A DNA stretch of 64,000 nt, taken from assembly GCA_002778785.1 (NCBI GenBank), contig PEZS01000001.1, positions 124,232 to 188,231 of the forward strand, read 5' to 3'. Origin of the DNA: Bdellovibrionales bacterium CG10_big_fil_rev_8_21_14_0_10_45_34. GTDB taxonomy: Bacteria > Bdellovibrionota > Bdellovibrionia > Bdellovibrionales > 1-14-0-10-45-34. The position numbers and the translations under genes were made by a program. Each line of letters opens with the position of its first letter. The first letter of the stretch is position 1. This document shows positions 27,414 to 36,715 of the stretch, one piece after another. The notes under the pieces were generated by a model. It was not told the origin of the DNA, did not search any database, and was given only the letters and a program-made list of their open reading frames with translations.

Positions 27414-27624
27414 AAATTGATATGTTAAAAAGTGAATCTATTTTCTTTGGTTTGCTACATAGAGAATACACGGTGAGATATACAGCGAAACATACAGTGA
27501 AACACATTGAAATGGCAACATTCTCTAAAAACATCGATTGAGAAAATGTTTAGCGGTGCGATAATAGCCGCAACTGTAAGTACATCATTGCATAAGACAA
27601 AGTGAGAAAGCGGCCATCCTTAGA

Positions 27625-27861
27625 GTGAGCCGTGCACAAAAAATGGAGTCGAAAATGCCAAACGAACCGGGTAGCCACTATCGACGTCCGGGCAGCGGAC
27701 GCCTTAGTTTTGACTACGATGGCCCACACGATAGAGACAGCCGCGAGGCCTACGACTACGGCAAATACCGCCAGCAAATACTGCGACGAAGAGACGAAGA
27801 GGAATTTGCATATTGGAATCGTCGAATGCGAGTGCTTGGGAGTCGCGGCCTGCTACCGTAG
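27625..27861 (+). CDS. Possible small hydrophilic protein (or non-coding transcript)
   Basis: The ORF has internal ATGs (MESKMPNEPGSHYRRPGSG...RRRDEEEFAYWNRRMRVLG) and no convincing RBS. A good terminator follows at 27929-27956. Confidence 0.25.
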   Translation: MSRAQKMESKMPNEPGSHYRRPGSGRLSFDYDGPHDRDSREAYDYGKYRQQILRRRDEEEFAYWNRRMRVLGSRGLLP

Positions 27862-27928
27862 CCGGCTAATTTCGCATCATCTAAGCGAACAATAAATAGG
27901 TGAATTTTGGGTAGGGCATAGATTGGCT

Positions 27929-27956
27929 CGCCCAGGGGGTGGATCTGGGCGTTTTT
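27929..27956 (+). terminator. Rho-independent terminator
   Basis: CGCCCAG-GGGGTGGAT-CTGGGCG followed by TTTTT. Confidence 0.55.
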
Positions 27957-28076
27957 GCGGCACTCACGTTTTCGTTTTTTCAATGAATAGGGTGGCGACT
28001 GAATTATTTCTTTGATTCTGTCGTATGGTGATACAATTGGGTTTCACAATCACATCTTGTCTAGAGGTAAAGATAC

Positions 28077-29108
28077 ATGACGGTTTCAAGGCATTTAATT
28101 TTATTTACTACTATAGTTGGCATTGTGTCTGGCTTGGCAACCAGGAGCCTATCAAGCGCATCAACTGGACTTTACGAACTGGCGAAGGTTTCCCAAGAAA
28201 AGTTGGAAGACTATGCAGCTGAGAATGCTCAAAAAAAATATTCAGAATTAATTTCCGGAATTCCTATCAGTGCGAAAATAACAAACCCCGAATATGACGA
28301 TTTGTACTCTGATAAACTCATGCAATATCGTCATTCTTTTTCTGTTTTGTACCGCGGGAAATCTCTGACAACCAATTCATTTGCTAACAGAGTCGATAGG
28401 CTGAACAAAAGTGTGTTCGAAAAAATGCGAAGGCATTTGGTTCTTCGAGACATGGATTTTCCAGTTCCAGCAGTGCCAGTGAGTTTTGGTGGCCTTCGCG
28501 ATATACGAAACTCGATCTCTGCGATCAAACAGTTAAGATCTAAAATGTCGAGTCGCCTCTTGAAAGGTGAGATAGAGCCTATAAACCAATCTGAATCCAC
28601 AATTCCCGGGCTTTTCAATCAGGTTGGAGCAAGGCCACCTATTTCTCCGATATACACGAGCTTTGTATTAGAGGCTTATCTTTACTTTCTGGCTCAGGTG
28701 CAATTCTTAGTAACTGAAAGAATCTCAAAGACCCAGATTGCAATTCAAGAAGGCGATGTTTCATGGTCAAAGTGGATTCAAAACTCCTTTCGAGGAAGGT
28801 TGAACTTGAAAAATGAGCTCTCTACTTTACGTAGTTTAGACCGTTGGACTCATGAAGAGACGGACTTTGCTTGTAAAAAGATCCGAACATTTAAATCGTC
28901 GATCATGAGAGATATGTTTGTCGAACAAGAAACTGCTCGAATATTTTTTGATCACGTCGACTCTTCATCTCAGATTGTAAATCAAGGAGCCTCGATAGAT
29001 GAAGTCCGTAAGCAAGTAGACTCCAACATTCATGTTGGTGGTTTGGCTAACCGTCGCCCTCCCTATTTTGTTGCTGGTGAAGTCTACTGTTGGGAGTACT
29101 GGCTGTAG
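28077..29108 (+). CDS. Exported protein of unknown function
   Basis: 343-aa ORF with an N-terminal hydrophobic segment HLILFTTIVGIVSGLA. I recognise no motif. Confidence 0.5.
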   Translation: MTVSRHLILFTTIVGIVSGLATRSLSSASTGLYELAKVSQEKLEDYAAENAQKKYSELISGIPISAKITNPEYDDLYSDKLMQYRHSFSVLYRGKSLTTNSFANRVDRLNKSVFEKMRRHLVLRDMDFPVPAVPVSFGGLRDIRNSISAIKQLRSKMSSRLLKGEIEPINQSESTIPGLFNQVGARPPISPIYTSFVLEAYLYFLAQVQFLVTERISKTQIAIQEGDVSWSKWIQNSFRGRLNLKNELSTLRSLDRWTHEETDFACKKIRTFKSSIMRDMFVEQETARIFFDHVDSSSQIVNQGASIDEVRKQVDSNIHVGGLANRRPPYFVAGEVYCWEYWL

Positions 29109-29187
29109 GGGGCCTTTTGCCTTTTTTGGGTGCACGCGCGGCCATGCTCCGCGATCCTTTTATCTCGAGCAGGTTGTGATAGAAGCG

Positions 29188-31473
29188 TCAGTCGGTGAGT
29201 CGAAAGTTAGATTTCAGGAATTCCTTAGAATTTCCTCCCACCATGACTTCGAAGTCGCCAGGCTCAGCAGCAAATGTGAGCTTTCGATTGTAAAATTTTA
29301 AGTCCTCAAGAGTAAGTTCGAATTGTACGGTCTGGCTCTTGCCAGCCTCCAGATACACCTTTTTAAAACCGCGTAGTTGTTTCAGCGGACGAGTTATCGA
29401 ACCCACCAGATCTCGAATATAAAGCTGAACAGTTTCTTCGCCGGCACGCGAGCCTGCATTAGAAACAGTGACATTAACAACAAGCTTCTGATCGGGTTTG
29501 ATTGCTCCAGCACTCAACTGCAAATCAGAGTACTCAAACTGAGTATAACTTAAACCCCAGCCGAATGGGTAAAGGGGCTCGTTAGCAGAATCAATATAGC
29601 GAGACACCCATCTGTCGCCACCACTTAATTGTGGCCGTCCTGTATTTCTGTGCGAATAATAAACCGGAATCTGACCTTCATCTCTTGGGAAACTCATGGT
29701 GAGTTTTCCGGACGGATTTTCTCTACCGAGCAAAATGTCGGCGATAGCATGACCACCCTGCGTTCCTAAAAACCATGTTTCAAGAATCGCGTCGGCCAGC
29801 TGGGATTCTTCTTCTAAAACCAAGGGTCGACCATTCATAAGCACAAGAACGATCGGTTTGTTCAAGGTGCGAAGAGCACGAAGGAGCAAAAGCTGATTCT
29901 CGGGCACGCGGATTTGCGTGCGAGAGGCGGCCTCGCCGCTCATGCCCTGAGTTTCTCCTAAAGCCACAACAATCACATCTGAACGTTTCGCCACCGAAAC
30001 GGCTTCACGAATCATTTCTGCGGGCGAGCGTGGATCGATATCAATCTCACCCCCATGTTGGTTAAGAAAGGCCAACAAGTCGCGATCCTCTAAAATGTTT
30101 GAGCCCCTCGCATAGTTTAATCTTTTTGAACCGTAAGCTTCAGATAGCCCGTCCCTTAAAGAAACTGCGATACGCCAATCTCCGGCACCTGACCAGTTAC
30201 CTATCATGTCTCTTTTTCGATCAGCTAAGGGGCCAATGAGAGCGATTTTTTCACCTGCTTTAATTGGTAGTACTTGTTTGTCATTTTTTAAAAGCACTAT
30301 TGATTTACGAGCCATCTGGCGTGCGACTTGTAGATGTGTGGGTGCCATCAGAACCCGGGCCGCTCTCTCTTTGCTCACGTTACGATAGGGATCATCAAAA
30401 AGACCCAGCTTGTATTTTGCGGCAAGGAGACGTCTGACAGCTTCGTCGACGGTTTTCACATTAACTCTTCCGGATCGAATCAAGTTTTCTACATGATCGA
30501 TGTAGGTGCTTCCCTGCATCTCCATGTCAACACCAGCATTGATCGCAAGTTCGGCGGCGTGTTCTAAATTGGAGGCAACACCATGTGGGATCAACTCGGG
30601 AATCGCTGTGTAGTCACTTACCACGAAGCCCGTGAAACCCCACCTATCACGCAAGATGTCTCGCAGCAGCCATCCATCAGCTGTTGCGGGCACACCAGAA
30701 ATGTCATTGAAGGCCGTCATCAGAGATCCGACTCCAGCTTTGATTGCAGCTAAGAACGGTGGAAGGTAAGTTTCAAAAAGTTCTCGTTTGCTAATATCGA
30801 CGACATTGTAGTCGCGACCGCCTTCTGCGGCTCCATAGGCGGCAAAGTGTTTTACACAGGCCATGACTCGTGTGGGATCAGAAAGAACTTCACCTTGAAA
30901 TCCCCGCACACGAGCTGCAGCTATTAAAGAATTCAACCATGGGTCTTCGCCTGTACTTTCAGACACGCGGCCCCACCGAGGATCGCGAGCCACATCTACC
31001 ATAGGGGCAAATGTCCAATGTAAACCGTCCGCAGCAGCCTCAGCGGCGGCTATACGAGCGGTGGCTTGCATGAGGTGTAAATCCCACGATGAACTTTCTG
31101 CCAACGGGATTGGAAAGACCGTGCGATGCCCGTGAACAACATCAAACCCGTAGAGAAGTGGGATTTTCAAACGAGTTTGCTCGACAGCCAAACGCTGCAT
31201 CTTCAAGGTAAACTCAGGGGTGTAAGCATTGAAAATCGAACCAACTCTGCCGCGAAGCACTTCACGCTCGTAGTTTTGAGGCAGGTTAACACCAGTTTGA
31301 GCCATGTTTGCTGAATACTGAGTCATCTGACCGATCTTTTCTTCTAACGTCATCTGTGACATCAACTGATCGATGAAGCGATTCATTTTTTGATCACTAA
31401 GGGCTGCGATAGGAGCGCCGGAGCTCAGTAAAAGAAGCGCTACTTGGCAGAATTGGAATGTTGAACGTAACAT
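29188..31473 (-). CDS. bglX: Periplasmic beta-glucosidase, glycoside hydrolase family 3 (BglX-like)
   Basis: Signal peptide, EEKIGQMTQ, KHFAAYGAAEGGRDYN, and the nucleophile region GFTGFVVSDYTAI. A C-terminal FnIII-like domain is present. The protein is 761 aa. Confidence 0.9.
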   Translation of the reverse strand: MLRSTFQFCQVALLLLSSGAPIAALSDQKMNRFIDQLMSQMTLEEKIGQMTQYSANMAQTGVNLPQNYEREVLRGRVGSIFNAYTPEFTLKMQRLAVEQTRLKIPLLYGFDVVHGHRTVFPIPLAESSSWDLHLMQATARIAAAEAAADGLHWTFAPMVDVARDPRWGRVSESTGEDPWLNSLIAAARVRGFQGEVLSDPTRVMACVKHFAAYGAAEGGRDYNVVDISKRELFETYLPPFLAAIKAGVGSLMTAFNDISGVPATADGWLLRDILRDRWGFTGFVVSDYTAIPELIPHGVASNLEHAAELAINAGVDMEMQGSTYIDHVENLIRSGRVNVKTVDEAVRRLLAAKYKLGLFDDPYRNVSKERAARVLMAPTHLQVARQMARKSIVLLKNDKQVLPIKAGEKIALIGPLADRKRDMIGNWSGAGDWRIAVSLRDGLSEAYGSKRLNYARGSNILEDRDLLAFLNQHGGEIDIDPRSPAEMIREAVSVAKRSDVIVVALGETQGMSGEAASRTQIRVPENQLLLLRALRTLNKPIVLVLMNGRPLVLEEESQLADAILETWFLGTQGGHAIADILLGRENPSGKLTMSFPRDEGQIPVYYSHRNTGRPQLSGGDRWVSRYIDSANEPLYPFGWGLSYTQFEYSDLQLSAGAIKPDQKLVVNVTVSNAGSRAGEETVQLYIRDLVGSITRPLKQLRGFKKVYLEAGKSQTVQFELTLEDLKFYNRKLTFAAEPGDFEVMVGGNSKEFLKSNFRLTD

Positions 31474-32882
31474 TGTGACCTCGTACTTTGTCGGCGGGGT
31501 TTTAATTTCGGCAAGTCTTCAAGTGAGGCTTTAGCTGCTTTTACTAAACCCTCTTTTACGGGAGGAATCTCCATAAAATGTTTCCAAATAGATGTTTCCG
31601 CTTTGAGGTTGGCAAAACTCAAGTAGGAAGGCCCAACAGTGATTCCTAGTACCAGATCAGAAATCCACTGATTGTCTATGTCTACGCTGTCAGTGAGTCC
31701 ATATCGCCCCCATAGGGAAGAGGAAACACGAGAGGCCCACAGAGGAAATGCAGATAGAGGAGAACTCCACAAAGGAGATGCCCCCGGCGCAGAGGCCCCA
31801 TTTTTTAACCAAAGACGAAGATCACCAAAGACCTCTCGCGGAGCAAACATCACGGAGGCAAGAACACAACTGACACAAGCTGTGCTTCTGTAATGTTTTG
31901 CGTGAGCCACTTCATACCCTAAAGGTGCCAAGCCGGCGCTAAAGCCCCAGTATCCGGCTTTGTAAGTTTTAAAAGTTTCATCGTGTCGTGCAATATTCCT
32001 CTGCAGCAAACTTAAGGATCTACTGTTGTCAAAATAGTTTTCGCCATAGGCATCTTTAAAATCGCGTAAATCCAAAAACAATTGGGAGTACTGATGAACA
32101 AACAAGGCTTGATCTAATCCCATCAACTCATTTTTTGTTGTTCGGCTAAAGGCCAACCATGCTTCTGGAGGCAGCGGATTTTGCGGATGTCCAAGCCCTA
32201 AAATCAAAAGAATCATTTGTTCGGCATACATATCCCATTGGGTTGTGATGTAACCACATTCTGGGAGATAGCCCATACTCAAGGTTAGTTTGTTTGGCTC
32301 TTGTCCGCCGTCTGTCAGAAAGTCGTAAAAATCCAAATTCGCGTAAAGCTCATTTGCAAGGTGAGAAGCTTTCGTGTTCTTGAACACCTTACCTGCGTAA
32401 AGTGCGCCGGCTATAAAAAGAGATGTATCGATAGTAGAAATTTCCGACGTGAATTCTCTTTGACCGGTCTTCCAGTCTACGAAGTGATAGAACCAGCCAT
32501 TTCGTCTCAAAAGTTTTGTTGATGCAAATAGCAGAGTTTTCTCAACATAGCGGTAGGTAGACTCCCAGTCTAAAAGACCTCGAGCCGCAGCATTGGCTTG
32601 CACAGCTAGGCTGAACCCGGTAGCGGCTATGGACGCGACGTGATCTACTTGCGGAGGCCCGGCGAGATTATTGGCCTTATCAAGAGTTAAACCCGTAAGT
32701 GGATGAGAGTTCTCGACAAAGTAGGCGACAGCACGGCGCTCGATCTCTGATTGAAGAGGTAAAGGAGAGTGAGACGCATCCGCCGTAGTCAGCCCGAAAA
32801 TGACCAAAATGAAGCTGAAAATGACTTGAAACTGCACGGCCCCTCCAAAAAAACACCTTAACAGTGACCTGCGATACTTCAA
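31440..32882 (-). CDS. Glucoamylase-like (alpha/alpha)6 protein, DUF3131/Glycoamylase family (GH144-like endo-beta-1,2-glucanase candidate)
   Basis: Signal peptide, VASIAATGFSLAV, NGWFYHFVDWKTGQREFTSEISTIDTSLFIAGALYAG. The family is recalled from memory. The stop overlaps the GH3 start by 34 nt. Confidence 0.55.
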   Translation of the reverse strand: MKYRRSLLRCFFGGAVQFQVIFSFILVIFGLTTADASHSPLPLQSEIERRAVAYFVENSHPLTGLTLDKANNLAGPPQVDHVASIAATGFSLAVQANAAARGLLDWESTYRYVEKTLLFASTKLLRRNGWFYHFVDWKTGQREFTSEISTIDTSLFIAGALYAGKVFKNTKASHLANELYANLDFYDFLTDGGQEPNKLTLSMGYLPECGYITTQWDMYAEQMILLILGLGHPQNPLPPEAWLAFSRTTKNELMGLDQALFVHQYSQLFLDLRDFKDAYGENYFDNSRSLSLLQRNIARHDETFKTYKAGYWGFSAGLAPLGYEVAHAKHYRSTACVSCVLASVMFAPREVFGDLRLWLKNGASAPGASPLWSSPLSAFPLWASRVSSSLWGRYGLTDSVDIDNQWISDLVLGITVGPSYLSFANLKAETSIWKHFMEIPPVKEGLVKAAKASLEDLPKLKPRRQSTRSQCYVQHSNSAK

Positions 32883-32912
32883 GTTTCTGGGTTTGTCATG
32901 CCGGTAGTGGCT

Positions 32913-33044
32913 TTAAAGGAGCAGGATATTGTGGCTCATCTCTTTCTGAAGTGGAGTTGGCGTTGAGAGCCTATGAAATCGGCCATCGCTCAAGTCACCG
33001 GCTTCGTACTTAATATTATTTTTTCGGACAACAAATGTGCTCAT
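32913..33044 (-). CDS. Possible 43-aa ORF directly downstream of the DUF2779 gene
   Basis: Own translation gives MSTFVVRKNNIKYEAGDLSDGRFHRLSTPTPLQKEMSHNILLL. RBS AAGGA lies 7 nt upstream, and the ORF starts 9 nt after the DUF2779 stop. It falls below the ORF-track cutoff. Confidence 0.3.
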   Translation of the reverse strand: MSTFVVRKNNIKYEAGDLSDGRFHRLSTPTPLQKEMSHNILLL

Positions 33045-33053
33045 ATTTTATCC

Positions 33054-34553
33054 TTAATCGTCTGACAACAAGCCCGTTTTATTGAAAAGCCATTGCACGA
33101 GCTCGACCATCACCAAGGTGTCTTTCTTACAGTACTCAAGAGAAGCTAGAATCAATTCCTCTTTCCGTTCTGAGAGGGTATCGCAAGATATGATCTCTTC
33201 AAAGGCCATTTGTGCCTCTGTGCCGTTGGCCACTTCCATACCGCTGTATGAGTGGTGTTGACCCAGAATAGCAGGAGCCACTTTTTTTAGACTAAACGAA
33301 CATTCGAAAGCATTGTCATAGATATTATTTCGTATAACAGGTAACGGGTCGACAATTCTTGGTAAGAGCGAATTCAATTCTATTTTGTGGGTCGCAGAGT
33401 ATTTAGCTAACTCCGAAATTCTATTTGATTCAAACTGACTGTAGTAAGCGACAATGGAACCTGTATTGCCACAAGCATCAATAAGCTTTGGAATCAGTTG
33501 TGGCCTGGGATCAGTTTTTTCAGTGTGAAGATACTCTTTGTGAGTAGGTTTAGATTGGGGTGACGGCCAAATATGAGCACTAAACTGAAACGGCACTTGC
33601 TGATAGGGACTAGTCTTGTCGTATCTTGGTATCGCTGGGGCAATAGTCTCAAAGTCCAAGAAAGTAATTGGGAATACCCAAGATGAAAGTGCTTCCTTAA
33701 TGCCTCTTGAGTTGAAAAAGCGTTCATTCGACTTAAATACTTTAACAATCCTTCGCTGTAATGTTGTCAAATCATCGAGTCTTTCGTCATCCAGCGGAAC
33801 AATGCCTTGTGAATATAGATCCCACTTTCGCGATTTAATTTGCGGTAGGTTTAGCACGCTGATCTTTGGTATATTCTTTTCTTTCCAACAAAAATCTTTA
33901 AAGCCACAATCATTCGGGGCCGTGCAATGTGGGCCGATATCAGCCTCCGGCATTTTATCTAGCTTGATAACCTGAAGGGTGGCTCTCACCTTAATCGGAA
34001 TATCGCGACCGATTGCTTGAACTTTTTCTGTAACGTCTTCAGATTTAAACAGGTCATCAAGTTTTGGATACTTGCAACTGCTGTTCATATGAAGAATGCA
34101 AATTTTTTCGATGGGTAGACCACTATTTTTCATAATCCATGCTTGAAGACCTACATCGAAAAAGTGTTCTCGTTTTACACTTGTCGACGACTTGACTTCA
34201 AAGATTGTCCACTTGCCTGTCGCTGGTGAAAACTGAATTATGTCCGCCCGAGCATAGCAACCGTCGAAGGTAAAGGCGGCTTCGTAAATGGTTGTGCATT
34301 GCTCTGCTAAAAGCTGCTTTGTTTGATTCAGCGAACCTGTGAAATCCCAAGGTTCATTAGCTACAAGTGTGCCGCCTGGGAATCTCTTTCTAGCTTCTTC
34401 ACCCACTCTTGTGCCTTGTGAAAACACTGCCTGTTGCTCGGGTGTAACGGGCGTCTCAAGCTCAGGGTGATGAACTGTCAGATAAATGGATTTAAGGCAT
34501 CTGAACCCACGCATGATTTTGGTTTTGCTAAGTAGGGTGGGCCGTTTGCTCAT
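33054..34553 (-). CDS. DUF2779 protein: Cas4/RecB-like PD-(D/E)xK nuclease domain with Cys cluster plus DEDD-like C-terminal domain
   Basis: LSKTKIMRGFRCLKSIYL (first Cys), ARADIIQF...WTIFEVKSSTS (D...EVK), CTAPNDCGFKDFCW (C-x5-C-x5-C). These are followed by the hallmark FLDFETIAPAIPRYDKTSPYQQVPFQFSAHI, AYYSQFE and YCKKDT. Confidence 0.8.
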   Translation of the reverse strand: MSKRPTLLSKTKIMRGFRCLKSIYLTVHHPELETPVTPEQQAVFSQGTRVGEEARKRFPGGTLVANEPWDFTGSLNQTKQLLAEQCTTIYEAAFTFDGCYARADIIQFSPATGKWTIFEVKSSTSVKREHFFDVGLQAWIMKNSGLPIEKICILHMNSSCKYPKLDDLFKSEDVTEKVQAIGRDIPIKVRATLQVIKLDKMPEADIGPHCTAPNDCGFKDFCWKEKNIPKISVLNLPQIKSRKWDLYSQGIVPLDDERLDDLTTLQRRIVKVFKSNERFFNSRGIKEALSSWVFPITFLDFETIAPAIPRYDKTSPYQQVPFQFSAHIWPSPQSKPTHKEYLHTEKTDPRPQLIPKLIDACGNTGSIVAYYSQFESNRISELAKYSATHKIELNSLLPRIVDPLPVIRNNIYDNAFECSFSLKKVAPAILGQHHSYSGMEVANGTEAQMAFEEIISCDTLSERKEELILASLEYCKKDTLVMVELVQWLFNKTGLLSDD

Positions 34554-34853
34554 AAAAGTATTCTATATAGACTCGGAGACCATCGTCTCTTTCAATGTGA
34601 TATCCGTGACGCTCAGCCTTCTAGCTTGACGGGTAATTTTGCATTTTCTTTCAAGGGAGAACTGCAAGGTGGACGTCTCGTTGGCTTCTGTTTTAGCAGC
34701 TCATAAGGCGTCTCTCGTCGCTGTTTTAAGCAAAGCTATCATCCTTTGTGAACAATTTTTTCGCAGCTCTTGCTGAGCTTTATAGAGCCAAAAATCAGCG
34801 TTTTAAAACCAAGTGTATTATGCCTCGAAACCAGAAACGAAAGCGAAGGCTCT

Positions 34854-36002
34854 ATGAAATCAGACAATATCCTTTTAAGAAAGCTTCACACTAATGCCGT
34901 CGAAAAAACCGCAAAGTATTTAACTGCCGAAGCAGAACTTATCGAGGCTTTAGACGCAGTAGAAAAACATAAGGCCTTCCTTCGCCTTGGCTACGGAAGC
35001 CTTTGGACATATTGCACAGAAGCACTGAAGCTTTCTGATTCGGTAGCGGCAAGCTTCATTGGCGTTATGAGAAAATCTCGAAAGGTGCCTGAACTGAAAG
35101 AAGCCATTCGAGCAGGTGAGTTCTCGGTATCAAAGGCCAGAAAAATTGTCAGCGTCATCACACCAGAAAACAAACAAAGATGGATAGAGCTGTGTAAAAC
35201 CCTTCCCTGTAAAAAGCTCGAAAAAGAAGTCGTTCTGGTTAACCCAAAAGAAGCCGTCTACGAAGGAGCGAGAACGGTTCAGGAAAATCGCATTAAGCTA
35301 ACGATTGGTGTGAGCGAGGAGCTTTATGAGAAGTTTCAAAGGGCCCAAGACATTTTGTGTCAAAGAACTCAAAAGCCACTTAACTACGAAGCGACACTTG
35401 AGCAAATCGTGGAGTTTTTTGTAGAAAAGGCGGACCCCTTAAGAAAAGCCCAAAGGGCCACGGAAAAGCAGGTCGTGGCAAAAACCAAAAGAAAAAGCTG
35501 CGACAGCAGCCTATCGAGACCTTCAGAAAAGGCAATGGCTGAAAAAGTAGAAGCAGAAGAAGCAGAAGAAGTTAAGAGTAGTTCGAGCAAGTCGCCAAAT
35601 CAATTGTTCTTAAGAACAGTAAACCCAAGACCTCAGGCAAGAGCTATACAGCGCGAGCAAAAGAATCTAATGGAGCGCTCAAACAGCGAAATCGAAACTG
35701 CTAAAAATCAATTGTTCACAAGAACAGTAAAACTAAGGCTTAAAAGAAGAGTGATAGACCGTGAGCAGCGAAGTCATCGCAAAAACCTTCCGGCTGAAGT
35801 TCGTCATACGGTAATTCTTCGAGATGGAAATCGCTGCACTCACAGAAACAATCGAGGTTTTCGCTGCCCCGAAAAAAGGTGGTTAGATTTTCATCATATC
35901 ATTCCAGTCTCACACGGAGGTAAAGACAATCCAGAGAATGTGACTATTCTTTGCAGGTCCCATCACCTGCAACATCATGAAGATGAGAGGGTATTCAGTT
36001 AG
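34854..36002 (+). CDS. HNH endonuclease with DUF222-like N-terminal region
   Basis: C-terminal CTHRNNRGFRCPEKRWLDFHHIIPVSHGGKDNPENVTILCRSHHLQHH. The ATG at 34854 is preferred over the TTG at 34770. An internal 36-codon diverged tandem repeat is present. Confidence 0.8.
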   Translation: MKSDNILLRKLHTNAVEKTAKYLTAEAELIEALDAVEKHKAFLRLGYGSLWTYCTEALKLSDSVAASFIGVMRKSRKVPELKEAIRAGEFSVSKARKIVSVITPENKQRWIELCKTLPCKKLEKEVVLVNPKEAVYEGARTVQENRIKLTIGVSEELYEKFQRAQDILCQRTQKPLNYEATLEQIVEFFVEKADPLRKAQRATEKQVVAKTKRKSCDSSLSRPSEKAMAEKVEAEEAEEVKSSSSKSPNQLFLRTVNPRPQARAIQREQKNLMERSNSEIETAKNQLFTRTVKLRLKRRVIDREQRSHRKNLPAEVRHTVILRDGNRCTHRNNRGFRCPEKRWLDFHHIIPVSHGGKDNPENVTILCRSHHLQHHEDERVFS

Positions 36003-36147
36003 CTATTGCGCTGGTGTAGACATTTGTTGTCTAGATAGCATGGGGCATATATGCGCAACAACTTGAACGTAGACGAGTGCAACGGTTACGACGCCTAAGC
36101 CGGCTCTGGGAGGTGAGTGCTGACAGAAAACTAGCTAACATGTACGC

Positions 36148-36648
36148 TCATCGGTAAACCACCTTGAAAAATTCGGTAATGACTGTTGCTTCTTCAATAT
36201 TTTCAACGTTCCATCGCGACAGAAATGGACGGAAAAATTCTTTATGCACATGTCTCCAGTAGGCAAGAGACAAGTCACCTTCACCCTCAGCGATGGCAAT
36301 TTCGACGGGTACATCTTTAAACTTGTGGGTTATGGTTCTTTCTGTGCGCAAAATGCAACCTGGTTCATCTCGGCTATTAAGAAGAATCCAGTAGTTCCCC
36401 ACTTTTGGTAGGGGGGCTCCGGAGGAAATGTAGTCTTCAACGAGGCCGCTCCCAGCGGTTTTCTTACCAATCAAATAGAGCTCAAGAAGGTCGTCAGTGA
36501 TTTCACGATTTCCAGCGAACTGCGCTTCGACATGTGGGTTGGTCGGCCGTTCATGCTCTGGCAGTGTCACAATATACTTTTGCCAAAAGTCTTTTTCGTT
36601 TTGTTTTAAGTCATTCACTTTCAAATCACCCTTCCACGTAAACGCCAC
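36148..36648 (-). CDS. ASCH (PUA-like) domain protein
   Basis: FWQKYIVTL...EAQFAGNREITDDLLELYLIGKKTAGSGL and IAIAEGEGDLSLAYWRHVHKEFF. The start is uncertain (GTG 36648 or GTG 36618). Confidence 0.65.
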   Translation of the reverse strand: MAFTWKGDLKVNDLKQNEKDFWQKYIVTLPEHERPTNPHVEAQFAGNREITDDLLELYLIGKKTAGSGLVEDYISSGAPLPKVGNYWILLNSRDEPGCILRTERTITHKFKDVPVEIAIAEGEGDLSLAYWRHVHKEFFRPFLSRWNVENIEEATVITEFFKVVYR

Positions 36649-36715
36649 TGAAGGCCGACCTTTGCAGCAATCAGCGTAATAAACGGTAAAAACTGAATAA
36701 GAGAAAAGAGGATTT

